DNA from: Phoronis australis
Lineage: Eukaryota; Animalia; Phoronida
Direction: 5' to 3'
Length of the DNA: 64,000 nucleotides
NCBI GenBank assembly: GCA_002633005.1
Contig: NMRA01000011.1
Span: 1,500,555-1,564,554 of the forward strand
Shown: piece after piece, positions 24,264 to 37,830 of the stretch
Layout of the letters: every line of letters starts with the position of its first letter
Position numbering within the stretch: position 1 is the first letter of the stretch
Program-made: the position numbers and the translations under genes
The notes under the pieces: model-generated
Databases searched by the model: none
Told to the model about the DNA's origin: nothing
Seen by the model: the letters and a program-made list of their open reading frames with translations, nothing else

Positions 24264-27200
24264 CGTAATCGCAAGTGTTTTCTAAGTAGTGGCGTCTCAA
24301 GAGAGGATGAAAAGGGTGGGTCAAATAATGATTCATGCAGGTAAAGATCAAGGCTTCATGGTACACAAAAGTAATTTACATGATTATTTGGCTCACGTCA
24401 ACTTTATTTTCAATAATTGCATCAACAAACCAAGAGATTTAAGGAATCTCGTCACCTTCCGTATATTTACAGACTTCAAAGCGACAAATTTAACTCATTT
24501 AAAAAAATATTCCCACATGATACAATTTCAACATGGCAATGCTTTTAAAAGTAAACAGCATATAGTAAAGATTTTAATATTCAATCTTTTAAATTAAACA
24601 AAAACTCTTGTTTTTAATACTTTAAGGTAATTTGATGAGAAAAGGTTATCACAGTCTTGTCCAATGATATCTTTCAGTTTGATTGAACTCATTATGTACT
24701 CTAATTTGATCAAGACAAACGACTCTCAATTAAATAAAGTACACGAATAATGCAACAAGGACTGCGATAAATGAAAAAGCAGTCGTTGTCTTACGACACT
24801 GTGTAACTTATAACATCATTTTTGTCAAATAATTTCTTATATGACATCAAGTTACGCAATGTCGTAAAGAATTCTTATTTAAATTCAAAAATGTTCATTT
24901 TGCGATGAATTTTTGTTGTTCGACACTGTTAAGATGGCTAGAGACGAAAATTGGGCCCTCTACACTCATAAAGTCGCTTACGTAACAATCCTCCATGCGA
25001 TAGGATTCCATTTCCCTAACCAACACAATTCACTGGCAATGCGTACATGTACTTGCTCCATCTTAGATGTTGCAATTTTAGAGTTGGCTAGCACTAATGG
25101 ACTCGGTAGCGTTTTCTTAAATCGGTGATGGTTTCGATGTTCTGCCTGGTAACGAGAATAGAATCCTAACACTGCTAGGAGTATCAAGAGACTGATTTGA
25201 TGAGAGCAAAAAGAATAATGCGATTTTTAACAAGCAAAACATCAAATTTACCAATGACGTCAAACTACACGTTAGACAAACCAAAATCTAATGATTGGGA
25301 GTGACGTGATTCTAATGGTAATTTGATTTTATTAAAGAAGGAACTCATTGTCGTCCCCGAATCAGTGTGGTGGAGCGAAAGTCAACACTTCACTCACTAA
25401 CCAATAGAGGACGCCTCAGTTTCACTGGAAATGCGGGAAGATCAAAGACCGCCAGCAGACCATCTTCTGTAGAATGGGACAGCTTTGATCCCCACAACGC
25501 AAAGTTTTAGTTGAAATATTCATATCTAGTCACACTCAGGTTCGTCAATTAAATTAAATTATCTCTAAATCCAAGCAACATAACATAATCGCCATCTAGT
25601 GAAATGAAGCGAGGTAATTAACTCGTAATCTTGAAAGCGCGTCATTGATAAGTTCAAGTTGTGCATTCTTATTGAGGTAAAATATATGAACTCTTATTTT
25701 GGAAAAAATAAGAATTTATCAGTAGATTTAAAAGCTAAAACGCTAAAAATTGAGGTAGCTAAAATCCAGATAAACCTTCCGGCTGGGTCACTTACGCGGA
25801 CGTTGATATCAGTAAACCGAGAAATAGAATGCCGTTAAAGCATGAAACAGACATCGAGAAACTGAATTAGTCCGATTTCAAAAGGATTTCAACAATTAAT
25901 TATATTACATGTGTCTTTTCAGTAACCCAGTGAACTTCTCATTTTGCCAAGGGTGCCTCTGTTTAAGCGGAGGCCCCCACAATTTTTGAAGATTCGTACC
26001 CGGTAAAGAAATAACTATATGAATATTTAAATAAGTCAATGACAAATAAAAACTGTCATTTCGCACCAAGCAGGTTGTCTCAGTCCCTAGAGTGCGCCTT
26101 CCAGTTCCTCGAATCATAGTGGGAGTACTCGGAAAAATGTTGCAATCCGTGGAACGGTAGTGAAGCATATATGCTAATGACAATTTGATTTGGTTACATC
26201 CATTATTGTGTCACGTCGGAGAGTAGTTACTAGTTTATCTAAGCTGTCTCCATCTCCATTCAATCGACGTCATACGANNNNNNNNNNNNNNNNNNNNNNN
26301 NNNNNNACAGACAGTTAATGTTATTAATATCCCCTAGCTTGTGAATGTTTTGAAATCGTACATGCAGGACACGATACGCTAACGAGAAAATAACGATCGT
26401 CGTTTAAAACTAGACTACTACAGCATGCCCGCACGAAAATCAACATCATTCTCCAACAATTAAAAACAGCTCTGCAACTGTTTGTCAACATCTGTTGAAA
26501 AGCTCAATCTATAAGTTCCGCAACGTCCCTTGGGGTTATCAGAAACCGCACCATCAGCAGCGTGATCAGGAGGGAGACAGTGACATCTGGTGACGTGTTC
26601 ATGGATACTCAGCTTTGGCAAGTTTCCGGCATCACCAGTGCCCCAGTTCGGATTCTGGGAGATTCAATCAGTGAAATAAGCAGAGGGGAGATGAGTCTGA
26701 CATTATCCCAAAACTGTTTGAGGAGCAAGTATTCACTGGGGTTCAGAGGTCATCTGGTAGCAAAAACAAAAAGTGAAATTGAGCACCAGTCATGCATGCA
26801 CCTTGCGACAAACACTATGAACACTAGTCTCCTTGCTCATGTGTACCCTTTCAGTCCAGCTCCACCATCTTCCATTCCAAGTCACTGGCCCCATTAGACC
26901 GCGTATTCCCCTCACGACGGTCCCTCAGGGTAGCGCCAGTGAAACTCTCACTTTCATTTAGTACGCACGTACTTAATTACTCCGTAAACAAACACTATCG
27001 CATCTTCTTGCCGAACTAGATCCGGTATTATCCTCACGTGTAACCAAATACGGGTATTTTCAAAAGCATTGTAACATGGTTCATCAATAGCATTACCAAG
27101 TTACCATTTCTGTCTTGATTAGTTCGTGTCAGGGGACGATCCAGGCAGACTATTAGCCAGGATTTTGCCCGTCAGACATTCGCTCACCTGAACTGCCAAA

Positions 27201-29464
27201 TGAAATCTAGGAGAATTTTAGGGGGGGGGGNNNNGGTCATGGCCCTCTTCTAAACCCGCCTTTACGGCATTATTTTTTAAACGGACTCACGAAATGTTGA
27301 TTTCCACTACATGCTGTTCGGCAGTTGTAGGTGAGTGGACTCGTTGACGAACAGGCTCGTTGCCTGGTGAATGATTTAGACCGCTTATCTGTGTTGCGTC
27401 AGTGCTCCAGGTAAACAGTTTGATGTCATTGTTGTTCTCCCCTGAGAATTTTAATATTATGCTGTGGCACCTCCCGATGCACGAAATACGCCGGTTAGTC
27501 AAGTTCTACGCTACCATTCAGGTTGTTGGTGCCATAGGACAATGCTACCTGATCTTTAGTGCAGCGATGCCTATTTAGCGAGATATCACATGAGTTGGGC
27601 CGCTGTAAAGTTAGAGCACTTTCAAGCTTTTAGAAGGTCTGATGACATGGCACCGTTTTAGTGAGTGTGTTCGATAAAATTGTCCCATTTACTGGCATCT
27701 TTCAAAAAAGCCACTTTTTGTAAAAAAATTCCAACATATTCCTTTTGCAGGGGTTTGAAAATCTAGAAAAGGGTCATTTATCTAATTACGATTCCAAAAA
27801 AACATTTATACGCAACAAACCTCAACAAAGTACAAGCTTTCTGAAGCGAACTGAAAACTGAGAGTTCCAACCCTCAAAGAAAACCCTTTCATAAGGAAAT
27901 TAATCCGAAAATTGACACCACTTTGTATGAGGTGTGGACATGAAGAAGACAAACATCCGGGAACCACGTCCCTTATACATCTCCTTCAGTATTTGCTAGC
28001 ACATCATTTTGCCGGGCGAAGAAAACAACATACTAACATAATCTTACGAGTCCATACACCCGCCGACATAATGATTGTGTACCAAATGCTCGCGGCCTTT
28101 TTTCCCGGCCGCGTACCCTTCAGTGTCGCTTGTATGAAATAAAAAAACACCGCACCTTCAGCGCCATATCGTAGACGAAAAACATACATGGTTTCGTTTT
28201 TTTGGACAAAAACATTTCATTTTGGTGAAAATGTTTGATCCCACTTGACAAGTACACAATGCAAAGAAGGCTTCAGAATCTGCCCGAAATCGGAAAGAGA
28301 ACGATTTACGTACCAAGGACTAGAGGTGACACGATTTTACTGGCATTTGTGGTTGTTTGTTATTATCTGATTAGTGTTTAAGGCCAAGATTTCTGACTAA
28401 AATCACGAATCTTGTACGGCTGCCTACGCAAAACCCCGATCACCTCGTGGTCCTTTCCAGGGTTCTCGAAAAAAACCTTCTCACCGTCTGTCGACTTAAA
28501 ACTGAATCACAGAACCGTTTTTGAAAATTTAATATTTCGCTCAATGGTATTTGAATACAGCAAGTATTGACATACGGAATGAAATAACAAGTATTCTCTC
28601 GCCAAGACAGCTTGATAATAAGTGAATTAATTAAATGTCTGATACTTATGCCCGCACAAGGCACAGCGGTATATTAATGACAAATGGAAAGAATGTCAGT
28701 AATGAGAGTATAAATTAGTCAATGAGGATGACAATGCCACCGAATTTTCAAACATGTTTTAAATTTCGGATCGCTGGGTTGTGGTTGGGTTATATTTCCT
28801 AAAAAAACAAAGCACCATTTTCTCCGTCAATTTTGACCGCAAACTAAAAGCGAGAGATTGGAACTTAAATTGAAGCCTGCTAATGCACTCCCAAAAAACG
28901 CTGAACCAAAACCGCAGCCACTTTAGCAAACATTGCACAGTATAAGGCAATTCTTAACACAGGCTGTAAACTGGATTTCATGGAGCCCCCATTACAACCG
29001 GCCATAACCATGGTAAATTCGAAAATAATCCTAATACCCACCACCACCTATAATCATAACGCTTCCACCGTAATACACGCCAACATCCAACAAGTTATAA
29101 ATGATTCCACAACCAATAACATGAATAAGAAGATTTAAAGTCTTTCGCTTTTTAACGTCAGTAGAATAACTCGACAGACAAATCGTCTGCCACAGAAACA
29201 ACTCTTTGAGTTCAACACGTCAAGTCATACCGATAAGATTGTACACTGTTACATGATCGTCTGCTCTCCGCTGATGATGCGTAAATTGTCTAGACATCAA
29301 ACGTCTGCGCCGATAGAATCAGCTTCCAGCTCAAAAAGATATAGTCCAGCACACGTCGGTCTATGTTCGCCTTCTGCTTTTCCTTTTTAAAAACATTTCA
29401 CTGCCACCTGAAGGTGAAGCTGAACACATTAAAAATGGAATGATGTGTAGAATGTTTCTCAGTT

Positions 29465-30052
29465 TTACTCCTGATAGAATGTGTTATCATCGGAAATGGA
29501 GCAAGACTGGTTGTCACTACAGTCGTCAAGAAGTTCCTCAACTTTAGAACTGTCATTTTCAGCATTATTGTCATCTTCTTCGTTGTTATTCTGTTCGACA
29601 AGGAATGGGTAAGGCCTATCATTTCCTCGCAGGTCGCATATAACGTTAGTTAAGGCCATTATGTAATTCTTGGCCAAAGTCAATGTTTCTATTTTCGACA
29701 ATCTTCTGTCAAGTCTGACGTGCGGAATAACTTCTCGCAATCCTTGGAAGGCATCATTTAGAGAATGCATGCGCATACGCTCTCGTTCGTTACTTTCGAG
29801 GCGGCGCAAATTCCGATCTCTGGCGCTGTGGCTTCGACGTTTCCGAGGCGATTTCTTCGTCGCCTTACTTCGCGTGTCCTCGATTTCATTACTGCTTCCG
29901 GCCGAGTCAGACTCCATGCCTCGTTTCCCGCCAGTCGTTGGTCGTCTTCTCATGGAATAGTCTGACGCACGCACCACGTTTATGTCCCATTCCTGTTGCT
30001 CGTTAACTTGATCATAGTCCATCGATGTCATATTCTCTCTATTTCGACGCAT
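29465..30052 (-). CDS. BHLHA15: Class A bHLH transcription factor Mist1/dimmed (BHLHA15), 195 aa, single coding exon
   Basis: The b[56 protein letters not shown] closely matches the Drosophila Dimmed/vertebrate Mist1 domain as I recall it. The ORF track starts at a TTG (30208). The first ATG (30052) sits 2 nt after a good acceptor (ttccctctgttatag|ccATG), so the start is placed there. Confidence 0.92.
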   Translation of the reverse strand: MRRNRENMTSMDYDQVNEQQEWDINVVRASDYSMRRRPTTGGKRGMESDSAGSSNEIEDTRSKATKKSPRKRRSHSARDRNLRRLESNERERMRMHSLNDAFQGLREVIPHVRLDRRLSKIETLTLAKNYIMALTNVICDLRGNDRPYPFLVEQNNNEEDDNNAENDSSKVEELLDDCSDNQSCSISDDNTFYQE

Positions 30053-32780
30053 GGCTATAACAGAGGGAATAAACGCACGTGTTACTGTTAAGCAACTATC
30101 TATACATGCATGTGCTCCAGCCGAAAATTTCCCACGAATCTTCAGAAGAGCTAATTTACCAAGTTTAAGTAGAGTAGGGTGTGATAACGGTTTCAAGTAA
30201 CACAACAATTGTCAATTTGCCATTTTGCTACTCAAAAAGACTTTTGTTTGTATACATATCCGTCTTAATATTCCAATGTCAAATTTGATTAACTCCAACT
30301 CGCCATGGGGGTAGTATAATAATATATAATAAGCGGGTTATAGTTATTACGTGCATTCATAATATTTACGTGACACGCACTTGCTGTGAAACGAAGACAA
30401 GTTTAAAATCAACAAATAGCGACGTGGAGCAGGACTTAAAGCTCAATCGCACATACGCAAGTCGTAAACCCACGAGCCAAGTATAAGTATAAGCGCTACG
30501 CAAGCGATAGACGCAAGCTACGTGCTCAATGAATTGTTATCCAAAACTAGTTATGGAACTATATTAGTTAATGTCACCTTGTGGTGATTCAATTGTACGT
30601 GTTTGTGAAATAGTTTCCGAGTTCGGCGACTCGTGATGTCATTTTTTGAACGAATCGACATTCAAGTTACAGCAGCCAGTTGAATCAAATAAGATCGCCT
30701 GTTGATCAATTTAACTGGAGAACAAGTAATAACACGGTACACTTGCGTATTCACTGTTTTACAAGATTTAGTCATCTCCCCTTATATCAGTCGCACATTA
30801 TATTAGCCAAACCACATGCTCTTGTTTTTAAAACGTTGACGTGACGTGAATTTGACACAGTTGTGAGTTTCTTGCTTCCGTCGAAACTCGCTAAAGGACG
30901 CGTCCAACTGGATCGTCACAAGGTGTCCAGACAATTATTTTTTACCTCATTTACAGGCCACTCTCTGCCGTGGGTTTACTCGACTAAGAAAGAATACTGC
31001 AAAAACGTTGTCTTTGATGGGTTTTATTTTGGTTACTCGTAGTTAGACAAGGAGTTCCGATATATCACTGGAGTCCAAGCAATGACTGTCGTAGCAGGTT
31101 TAATTAGCGAAATAACGTGGGAGGATATTAAGTGCTAGAGCAAGATTGAAAAATGATACACGTACGTTATTTCGGAGCAATACACAAGATACACGCTCAA
31201 AGTGAAACGTATCTATATTAGAATTCCAATTAAGCCCCAATTAAGTTGATATAGGCAGTAATAGGTGACTACAGCTTATTAATATCAAATAGACTTAATG
31301 TAACGAGCCAACTGAAACGTTGTTCACAGTTGATGAAAACATAACTGCAAAGCGAAATCGTGGCTGTAATGTATAAAGTAATGACGAATCCCTATCAGTG
31401 TCCAGCAATGTGAAACCAATTGAAAATTACATGGAAGTTCTCACAGTCATACTCCATAAACAGAGATATTGCAATTCTTAAGAACAACGCACCATTGTCA
31501 CTATTATTAGCGTCAAATCGACTACCAGGTGAATGAAAGGGCCTTCTCACTAAGTTATGGCGGGCTGACATAACACTACATTTTGGGAAAATGGTTATCC
31601 CGAATCAGATCCATTCAAAATAATCCGTGCTTCATGTGAACACGATACAAACAAGTATATAGAGCTAAGGGAAATTCCGAACGCCGAACGAAAGCTGAAC
31701 AGACTGGGACATCAAGCTATTTGCAAAACTGAAAAAAGGGTCCGTGAATGTCACCTAAACCAACGTGCCAAAGGAATTAACCTCTTGCTTTTTGGCAAAA
31801 TGAAACAACTCAATACATGCTGATATTTCACCGTGAATTATGTATAAATGATGGAAAAGGACCACTAAGCTGTACATTAGCTTGTGCACAGCTGTGTTGG
31901 AAAACGCCTGATAAATGATACGGAGGTCAGAAGGCGAGCAGAAATGACGTCGTGATGACGTGATAACCACTGGAGCTTTACAGAGACGGAAATTGTGAAT
32001 TTGATTTTGAGGTGACAGATATGTGTCTGCCAGTGCAGAGACATGAAACGGAGTAAGGCAACAATAGTTCGTTGTAAACTCTACTCCGTCGTCAACCCAA
32101 GAATTCCAAATGCATTTTAATTCTTGCGACTACTTTTATTCATGGATTTAACGCGGCTACCGTTTTTTGAGGTACCAAATGGTTACCGGTAATTAAACGT
32201 TACAAGCACAATCTCCTTTTCCTGAATTTGCTGTCTATGTCGACCATACACAATGACAACTATATACCAGCAATTTGAAACCCTTAATTGACAATAATAC
32301 ACAGCAACGAATCACTGTTCTCATGATGAACTAACCCACAGGGTATTCCGGGAACCGCAACAAACATATCTAACAAATCTGTACGGTCTCACAACGCATT
32401 ACGATTTTTTCTATTGGACTCGCTGAATAACAAGAAAGGCACTGTTTCTTTGGGATAAAAAAACGTGAGAGGTATAAACACGATGGACTGAAAACAATCA
32501 ACAACTGGATTGAGAAATTCGCGAGTTCTCCAGTTAGGGCATACATCCACGGGAACTAGTCAACACATGGTTCATCTCTGGTTTATCTTTATTCCGACAC
32601 AAGAGAAAGCGTGCATTTCATGTAGGTCTTTTTGATGTATGACTCCAAACAATTTTCGAAAATTACGTAAAAATGAAGACGATTTGATTAGACCCAGCAC
32701 CCTTTACACGCAACCGTCTTAATCTTTTATTAAAAACTGCCGACTTGTACATGATTAAGTTTTTAAAACAACCGTTTTAC

Positions 32781-32836
32781 CTGTATGATGTGTTCGCGAT
32801 GTTGAACGCTCCTTGTTGTTATAACCTCTTTTTATG
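32781..32836 (-). promoter_or_regulatory. Candidate core promoter and short 5'-UTR exon of Mist1/dimm
   Basis: Minus-strand CATAAAAAG (~32836-32828) followed by donor cag|gtaaaa at 32781/32780. The acceptor before the ATG implies an upstream non-coding exon, but its position is a guess. Confidence 0.25.
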
Positions 32837-34017
32837 CCATCAAACGTCAGTTATTCTCAGATTGTTATAATCCTATCACGCAGGCTGTAAAATTCTAACC
32901 AAGACTAAAGAGCCAACACAAATACGCGATCACAAATACTAACAAACAGCTCCGGCGCCAGCAATGGTGTGACAAAATCACCATTCGTCGTTAAGGTCAG
33001 CAGACTTCCAACGTTATTAAATCATCCAGCCGATACTCCCAGCAGGTAGAACGATTTAACCGACACACGTTGCTCTCGGTTTTACGTTTGTTAGCGAAGT
33101 ACTTAAGCATCCAGCTTAAGAGGAAACAGGCGTTTGCTCGCTTATAGCAGACGATACTACAGTGTATAAGAACATGTAGTCGTGGGCGGCGAAGCGTCGA
33201 CTTCTGTAGGGGGTGTTATTTATGCATACGTATCTATTTCCGTTCAATAGCAGACTGTTTAAGCTATATTTAGACTCTTTCCAGCAAAATGAGTTCCCAC
33301 CATTTGCCTTGGCAATACAAAGGCGATTAGCTGAGCTAATTACCGGGAGCGCGTAGAAAAACAATTGTTTACTCTGTATAGTAGCCGTGACATCATACTG
33401 ACGGCGAGGGATGTGGTGACGTCAGAAACGTGTTTGCACCACTCATTGGTCTTCGCGGACGGAACTGATTTGGGGGAATTGCGCTGGCGCTTCACCGGAA
33501 GCATTGTGACATCTTTCTCAGATGTGACAAAGTGTTGCAAGACTCGAACAGGGCTTCTTAAGACTCGACGAAACGATACAAATTTGCTCAATCAATCCAA
33601 CCCGATATTTTTAGCCATCCTCAACTACAGCCGCTCCCGCGAGAGTACAAAATTCAGTCAATCTACGCTCCTGCTTAGAAATAAGGAATGTGGGAAATTC
33701 ACATGAGAAATCGGTAATTAAGTTTCGCCGAGTGTTGATATCCCATTATTGCAGCGTTAGTCAACCTACTACATGAAAATATACACCCATCAACGCACGT
33801 TTAGGAAAGATTAAAAAAGAAAACTATGAAACATTTGTGAAAATTCAGAGCATGAACTGTCAACTAAAAATTCTACCGGCCACCAAAAATACTGGAAAAC
33901 CGAAGCGATCACAGACGATGTTTGGCGCTGGTTGCGTTGATGTATTTTTGTCAAATTTACGAACAATAGAAATTACACAGGTACCGGATTTTGAGAACCA
34001 ATTTGATGCCATAGAGA

Positions 34018-34158
34018 ATGCTGTTGTGGGGCGTAGGCGCACCCAACCACCTTTTGGCGTTTAAACGTAGCGCCTACGCACCGTAAGGTAGGTTCATTGG
34101 TCAAGACGATGGGCTTTGGGCGCCTACTTACCTCTAATTTCATCACTACACCACTGGG
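34018..34158 (-). repeat. Interspersed repeat (copy of 19440-19602)
   Basis: Reverse-complement alignment by eye. Confidence 0.8.
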
Positions 34159-35904
34159 TCCATAGAATTGGTTCTTAAAATATGGAACCCCCTCAAGTGT
34201 TTTGATTCACATGACTAAGCGCTGTGCGTCTACTATAATAGATGAACTTTCAAATGCATCATGTGCAGACAATTCCAAATAGTTTTTATTTCGAAAAATG
34301 TGCTTTTGATTTGAGCTACGACCGTGTGGGTAACGATGTAACTTATGACAGATATTAATGCTGACTCTCTCAACACGCGCTGCCACATGAGAAACCGGTC
34401 ATATTGGTAACGAGACAACTTACTGATAAATAAAGATGATTACTAGTCACATGAGGAAACTTTTTAATTTTTGCTGACCCATCAGGCGACTGCCATTGTG
34501 TTCTTCACATGTGCCATCTCGAAAAGAAATGCACGCCCGGCACGGATCTGGATGACAGACGGTACCAACCTGTCCCAACCGTTCTAATAGTAGATATTTC
34601 CATATTTATATTTCCTTTTTCGGAAACGATTTCAATTTCACTGTTATCATTGTCAAGCTTGCTTCATGGGACATAAAAACCTTGATTTCTACTCACAGCG
34701 TGCGGGTGCACCCAACTAGTGTCTTAAATTACGGATATGCGTAAACATTGGGGACTGAGCTTCAAACACACCTGGGGACATGCAGTGGTCCCATGTGAAG
34801 CATCGGCTGAGGCTAAATCACCAGAATGCATGATATAATTATAAGTGCAAATACTTCCTTTTCAATTGCTTGTCAGAACTCAATTCAGTTCAAGGTATCT
34901 TCGAAACTTTTGGGGCTTAACTCTAGGAAAACTGTAATTCTTGTGTTTAAGATCACGGACAAAGGGACAATAAAAACTTGTCAAAAATAAACTAACACAC
35001 ACTAAACGTGCCTTAAAAGGAATATAATTTTTAAGGCCGCAAATACATTTCTGGGTTATTCATTATGTTGGATTGAGTAGACTTATTGAATTACCTTTGG
35101 CCATATTGACGGTATAACGCATCACAATGTGTTGTGTTTATCTGACTTTTTTACAAATCGCCAATTCTCGTCGTTGTCTGCCGGACATTCACGAAAGCAA
35201 TGCCGGTGTCTTTGCCATTCACCTTGGCTTACTAGTAGTATTTTGAAAAAAATCTGCCGTTTCAAGATACTATGTCTCATTAAAACCGCGAATATTCAAA
35301 TTTGTATCAAGCGCCACCTAGTGACTTACTGGAGAACTGCGTGTACAAATATAATCAGGAAAGAAACAACTTGTAAATAAATTGCAGTTTTAAAGAAAAC
35401 ATGACAACTGATACACTTTAAAACAACTGTAAACATATCGTAAACCTAATAATTCCAAACAGTAAGGAATCATTATTTGTTAGAGAAATAAACAAATTAA
35501 CAAACAAACAAACTTTGCCTTGTTTCATTAGGGTAACGTTGAAATATTGCCATACCCCGAAATAAAAATAGTCTCGCAAAAGGAGACTTTTGCGAGATTG
35601 TAATGGTAACTGGTTCTCGGATGGTTTCCGATATACCGGAAGACGTGGGGTTGTATGGAAACTACAACTTCATTCGCATATTCACAATTTAATGAGACGT
35701 AACATCTTTAACGCGTGGGAATTGATTCTGCAGCAGGGGCAGAACGTTCGGCAGGTACTGTGGAACCACAGGGTTCGAGTCCGCGCTACTGATAATTTCT
35801 GTAAACTTACTTTTCTCGCCGACAAACATTTTTCCAACATCATGCAAAGTACATTGAAAGACGTACCATGTGTCACAGCGCCATCTGTACACCCACATAG
35901 CGCT

Positions 35905-36985
35905 AGGTTAGATAATGGGAAGGATATAGCTAGATGTTCGTACATGTATGTTACAGTGTGCGAAGGACCTAGCTAGATGTTCACTACATTGTGAGAAGGA
36001 CCACGTTATATGTTCACAATAGTGTACGAAGGTCCTAGCTAGATGTTCACTACAGTATACGCAGGACCTAGCTAGATGTTCACTAAAATGTACGAACGAC
36101 CTAGCTAAGTGTTCACTACAGTATACGCAGGACCTAGCTAGATGTTCACTACATTGTGAGAAGCCCACGTTATATGTTCACAACAGTGTACGAAGGACCT
36201 AGCTAGATGTTCACTACAGTACATGTATACGCAGGACCTAGCTAGATGTTCACTAAAATGTAGGAATGACCTAGGTAGGTGTTCACTACAGTATACGCAG
36301 GACCTACCTAGATGTTCACTACATTGTGAGAAGGACCAAGTTATATATTCACAATAGTGTACGAAGGACCTAGCTAGATGTTCACTACATTATACGCAGG
36401 ACCTAGCTAGGTGTTCACTAAAATGTACGAATGACCTAGGTATAGGTGTTCACTACAGTATACGCAGGACCTACATGTACCTAGACGTTCACTACAGTAT
36501 ACGCAGGACCTAGCCAGATGTTCACTCTACAGTGTGCGAAGGACCAAGCTAGATGTTCACTACAGTGTGCGAAGGACCAAGCTAGATGTTCACTACAGTG
36601 TAAGAAGGGCCAAGCTAGAAGGTCATTGTTCAGTGTGCGAAGGACCAAGCTAGATGTTCACTACAGTGTGCGAAGGACCAACGAAGCTAGGTGTTCATTA
36701 AGTTATAATTTGAGAAGGATCTAGACAGATGTTCACTATATTACATTGTGTGAAGGACATACATGTAGCTAAAGGTTCAGTGTTACAATGTGTGAAGGCC
36801 GACATAGTTCAGCGTGTTACAATGTGCGAAGGCCGACATGACTAGAGATTCAGTGTGTTACAATGTTTGAAGGCCGACATAGCTAGTACGTGTAGTTCAG
36901 TGTTTTACAACCAATGAAGGTCGACATAGCTAGAGGTTCAGTTGGTTACAATGTATGAAGGCCGATATAGCCAGAGGTTCACTTT
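35905..36985 (+). repeat. 33-bp minisatellite with a 165-bp (5-mer) higher-order repeat
   Basis: Unit ~gaaggacctagctagatgttcactacagtgt(g/a)c. The variant cattgtgagaag recurs at 35987, 36152 and 36322. Confidence 0.9.
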
Positions 36986-37764
36986 CTCATTGAGCTTGAC
37001 AAAAACCGTTATAAGTTGTCATGAAAATGCTGTCATTGTAGTATTCGATTAATTGTAGGATTATTTTAAAAGTATTAACCCAGTCTGCAGTTTGAATGAA
37101 TTACTTTTATCAATCATAGAGAAAGATTGTTCAAATGCAAATTTGTTTGTTTTACGCTCAAATTCGCCTCACGACCTACAGACTGCACTAGAGAGTGCGA
37201 CTCGCTGAGAACAAAACAGAAACTAAAACCAGTCGCGCCGTACTAGTTAGCCCGACTACTACTAGAGTTCAGATTACACTCCACTCATGCGATATACTGT
37301 AGAACGTCAGCCGTGTGTCACAAATAAATGTACATGTAGGCCTACTCTAATATCTGAACCTGCACAGAAATCTATTTGGTTGGAGAGGATGATCATTGCA
37401 AACGTACGGCAATTACAAATTGAAACACTAATAATTCAAATTAACGACATTGCCAGTTTTACCCAACCCACCGCTTCAACTCTGATTATTTAATGGCAGT
37501 GCACATATGATTAGAAGTAATCCACGATTTGAATTAATCACAAACTCCATTAATTTAGAAGATGACTACAACGTGTATGTTTGTTGTGTTATTAAATACG
37601 TTTTGTTCTGGTTGTCCAATATTGATATAGCTATTGACCAACTGCATGATCTTCCGTGTAATTACTGTAGACAACGGAAAGTGGTCGACAATATGTTCTG
37701 TGGGTTTAACTTATGTCAGTAATATTGTTATCACTCGACGCGTATAAAACAGGACGCAGTCAAT

Positions 37765-37830
37765 TAAAGGGGCATACTCCAGTGGCGGATCTAGGCTGTC
37801 TTAAGGGACGAGGGGCCAACTACGCTCTTC
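37765..37830 (+). mobile_element. Kolobok-like left end (TTAA-AGGGGCATACTC) abutting a CAGTGGCGGATC-type MITE end
   Basis: ttaaaggggcatactc|cagtggcggatctagg; the partner ends were not found. Confidence 0.3.

Noticed and set aside
29670-29965. Plus-strand ORFs overlapping Mist1
   Set aside because: They are antisense shadows of the real CDS.
30053-30208. 52-aa N-terminal extension of the Mist1 ORF
   Set aside because: It starts at TTG and runs through a splice acceptor just before the first ATG, so it is most likely intronic.
35905-36985. CRISPR-like regular repeat
   Set aside because: Head-to-tail monomers with no unique spacers, no cas genes, and a eukaryotic context.
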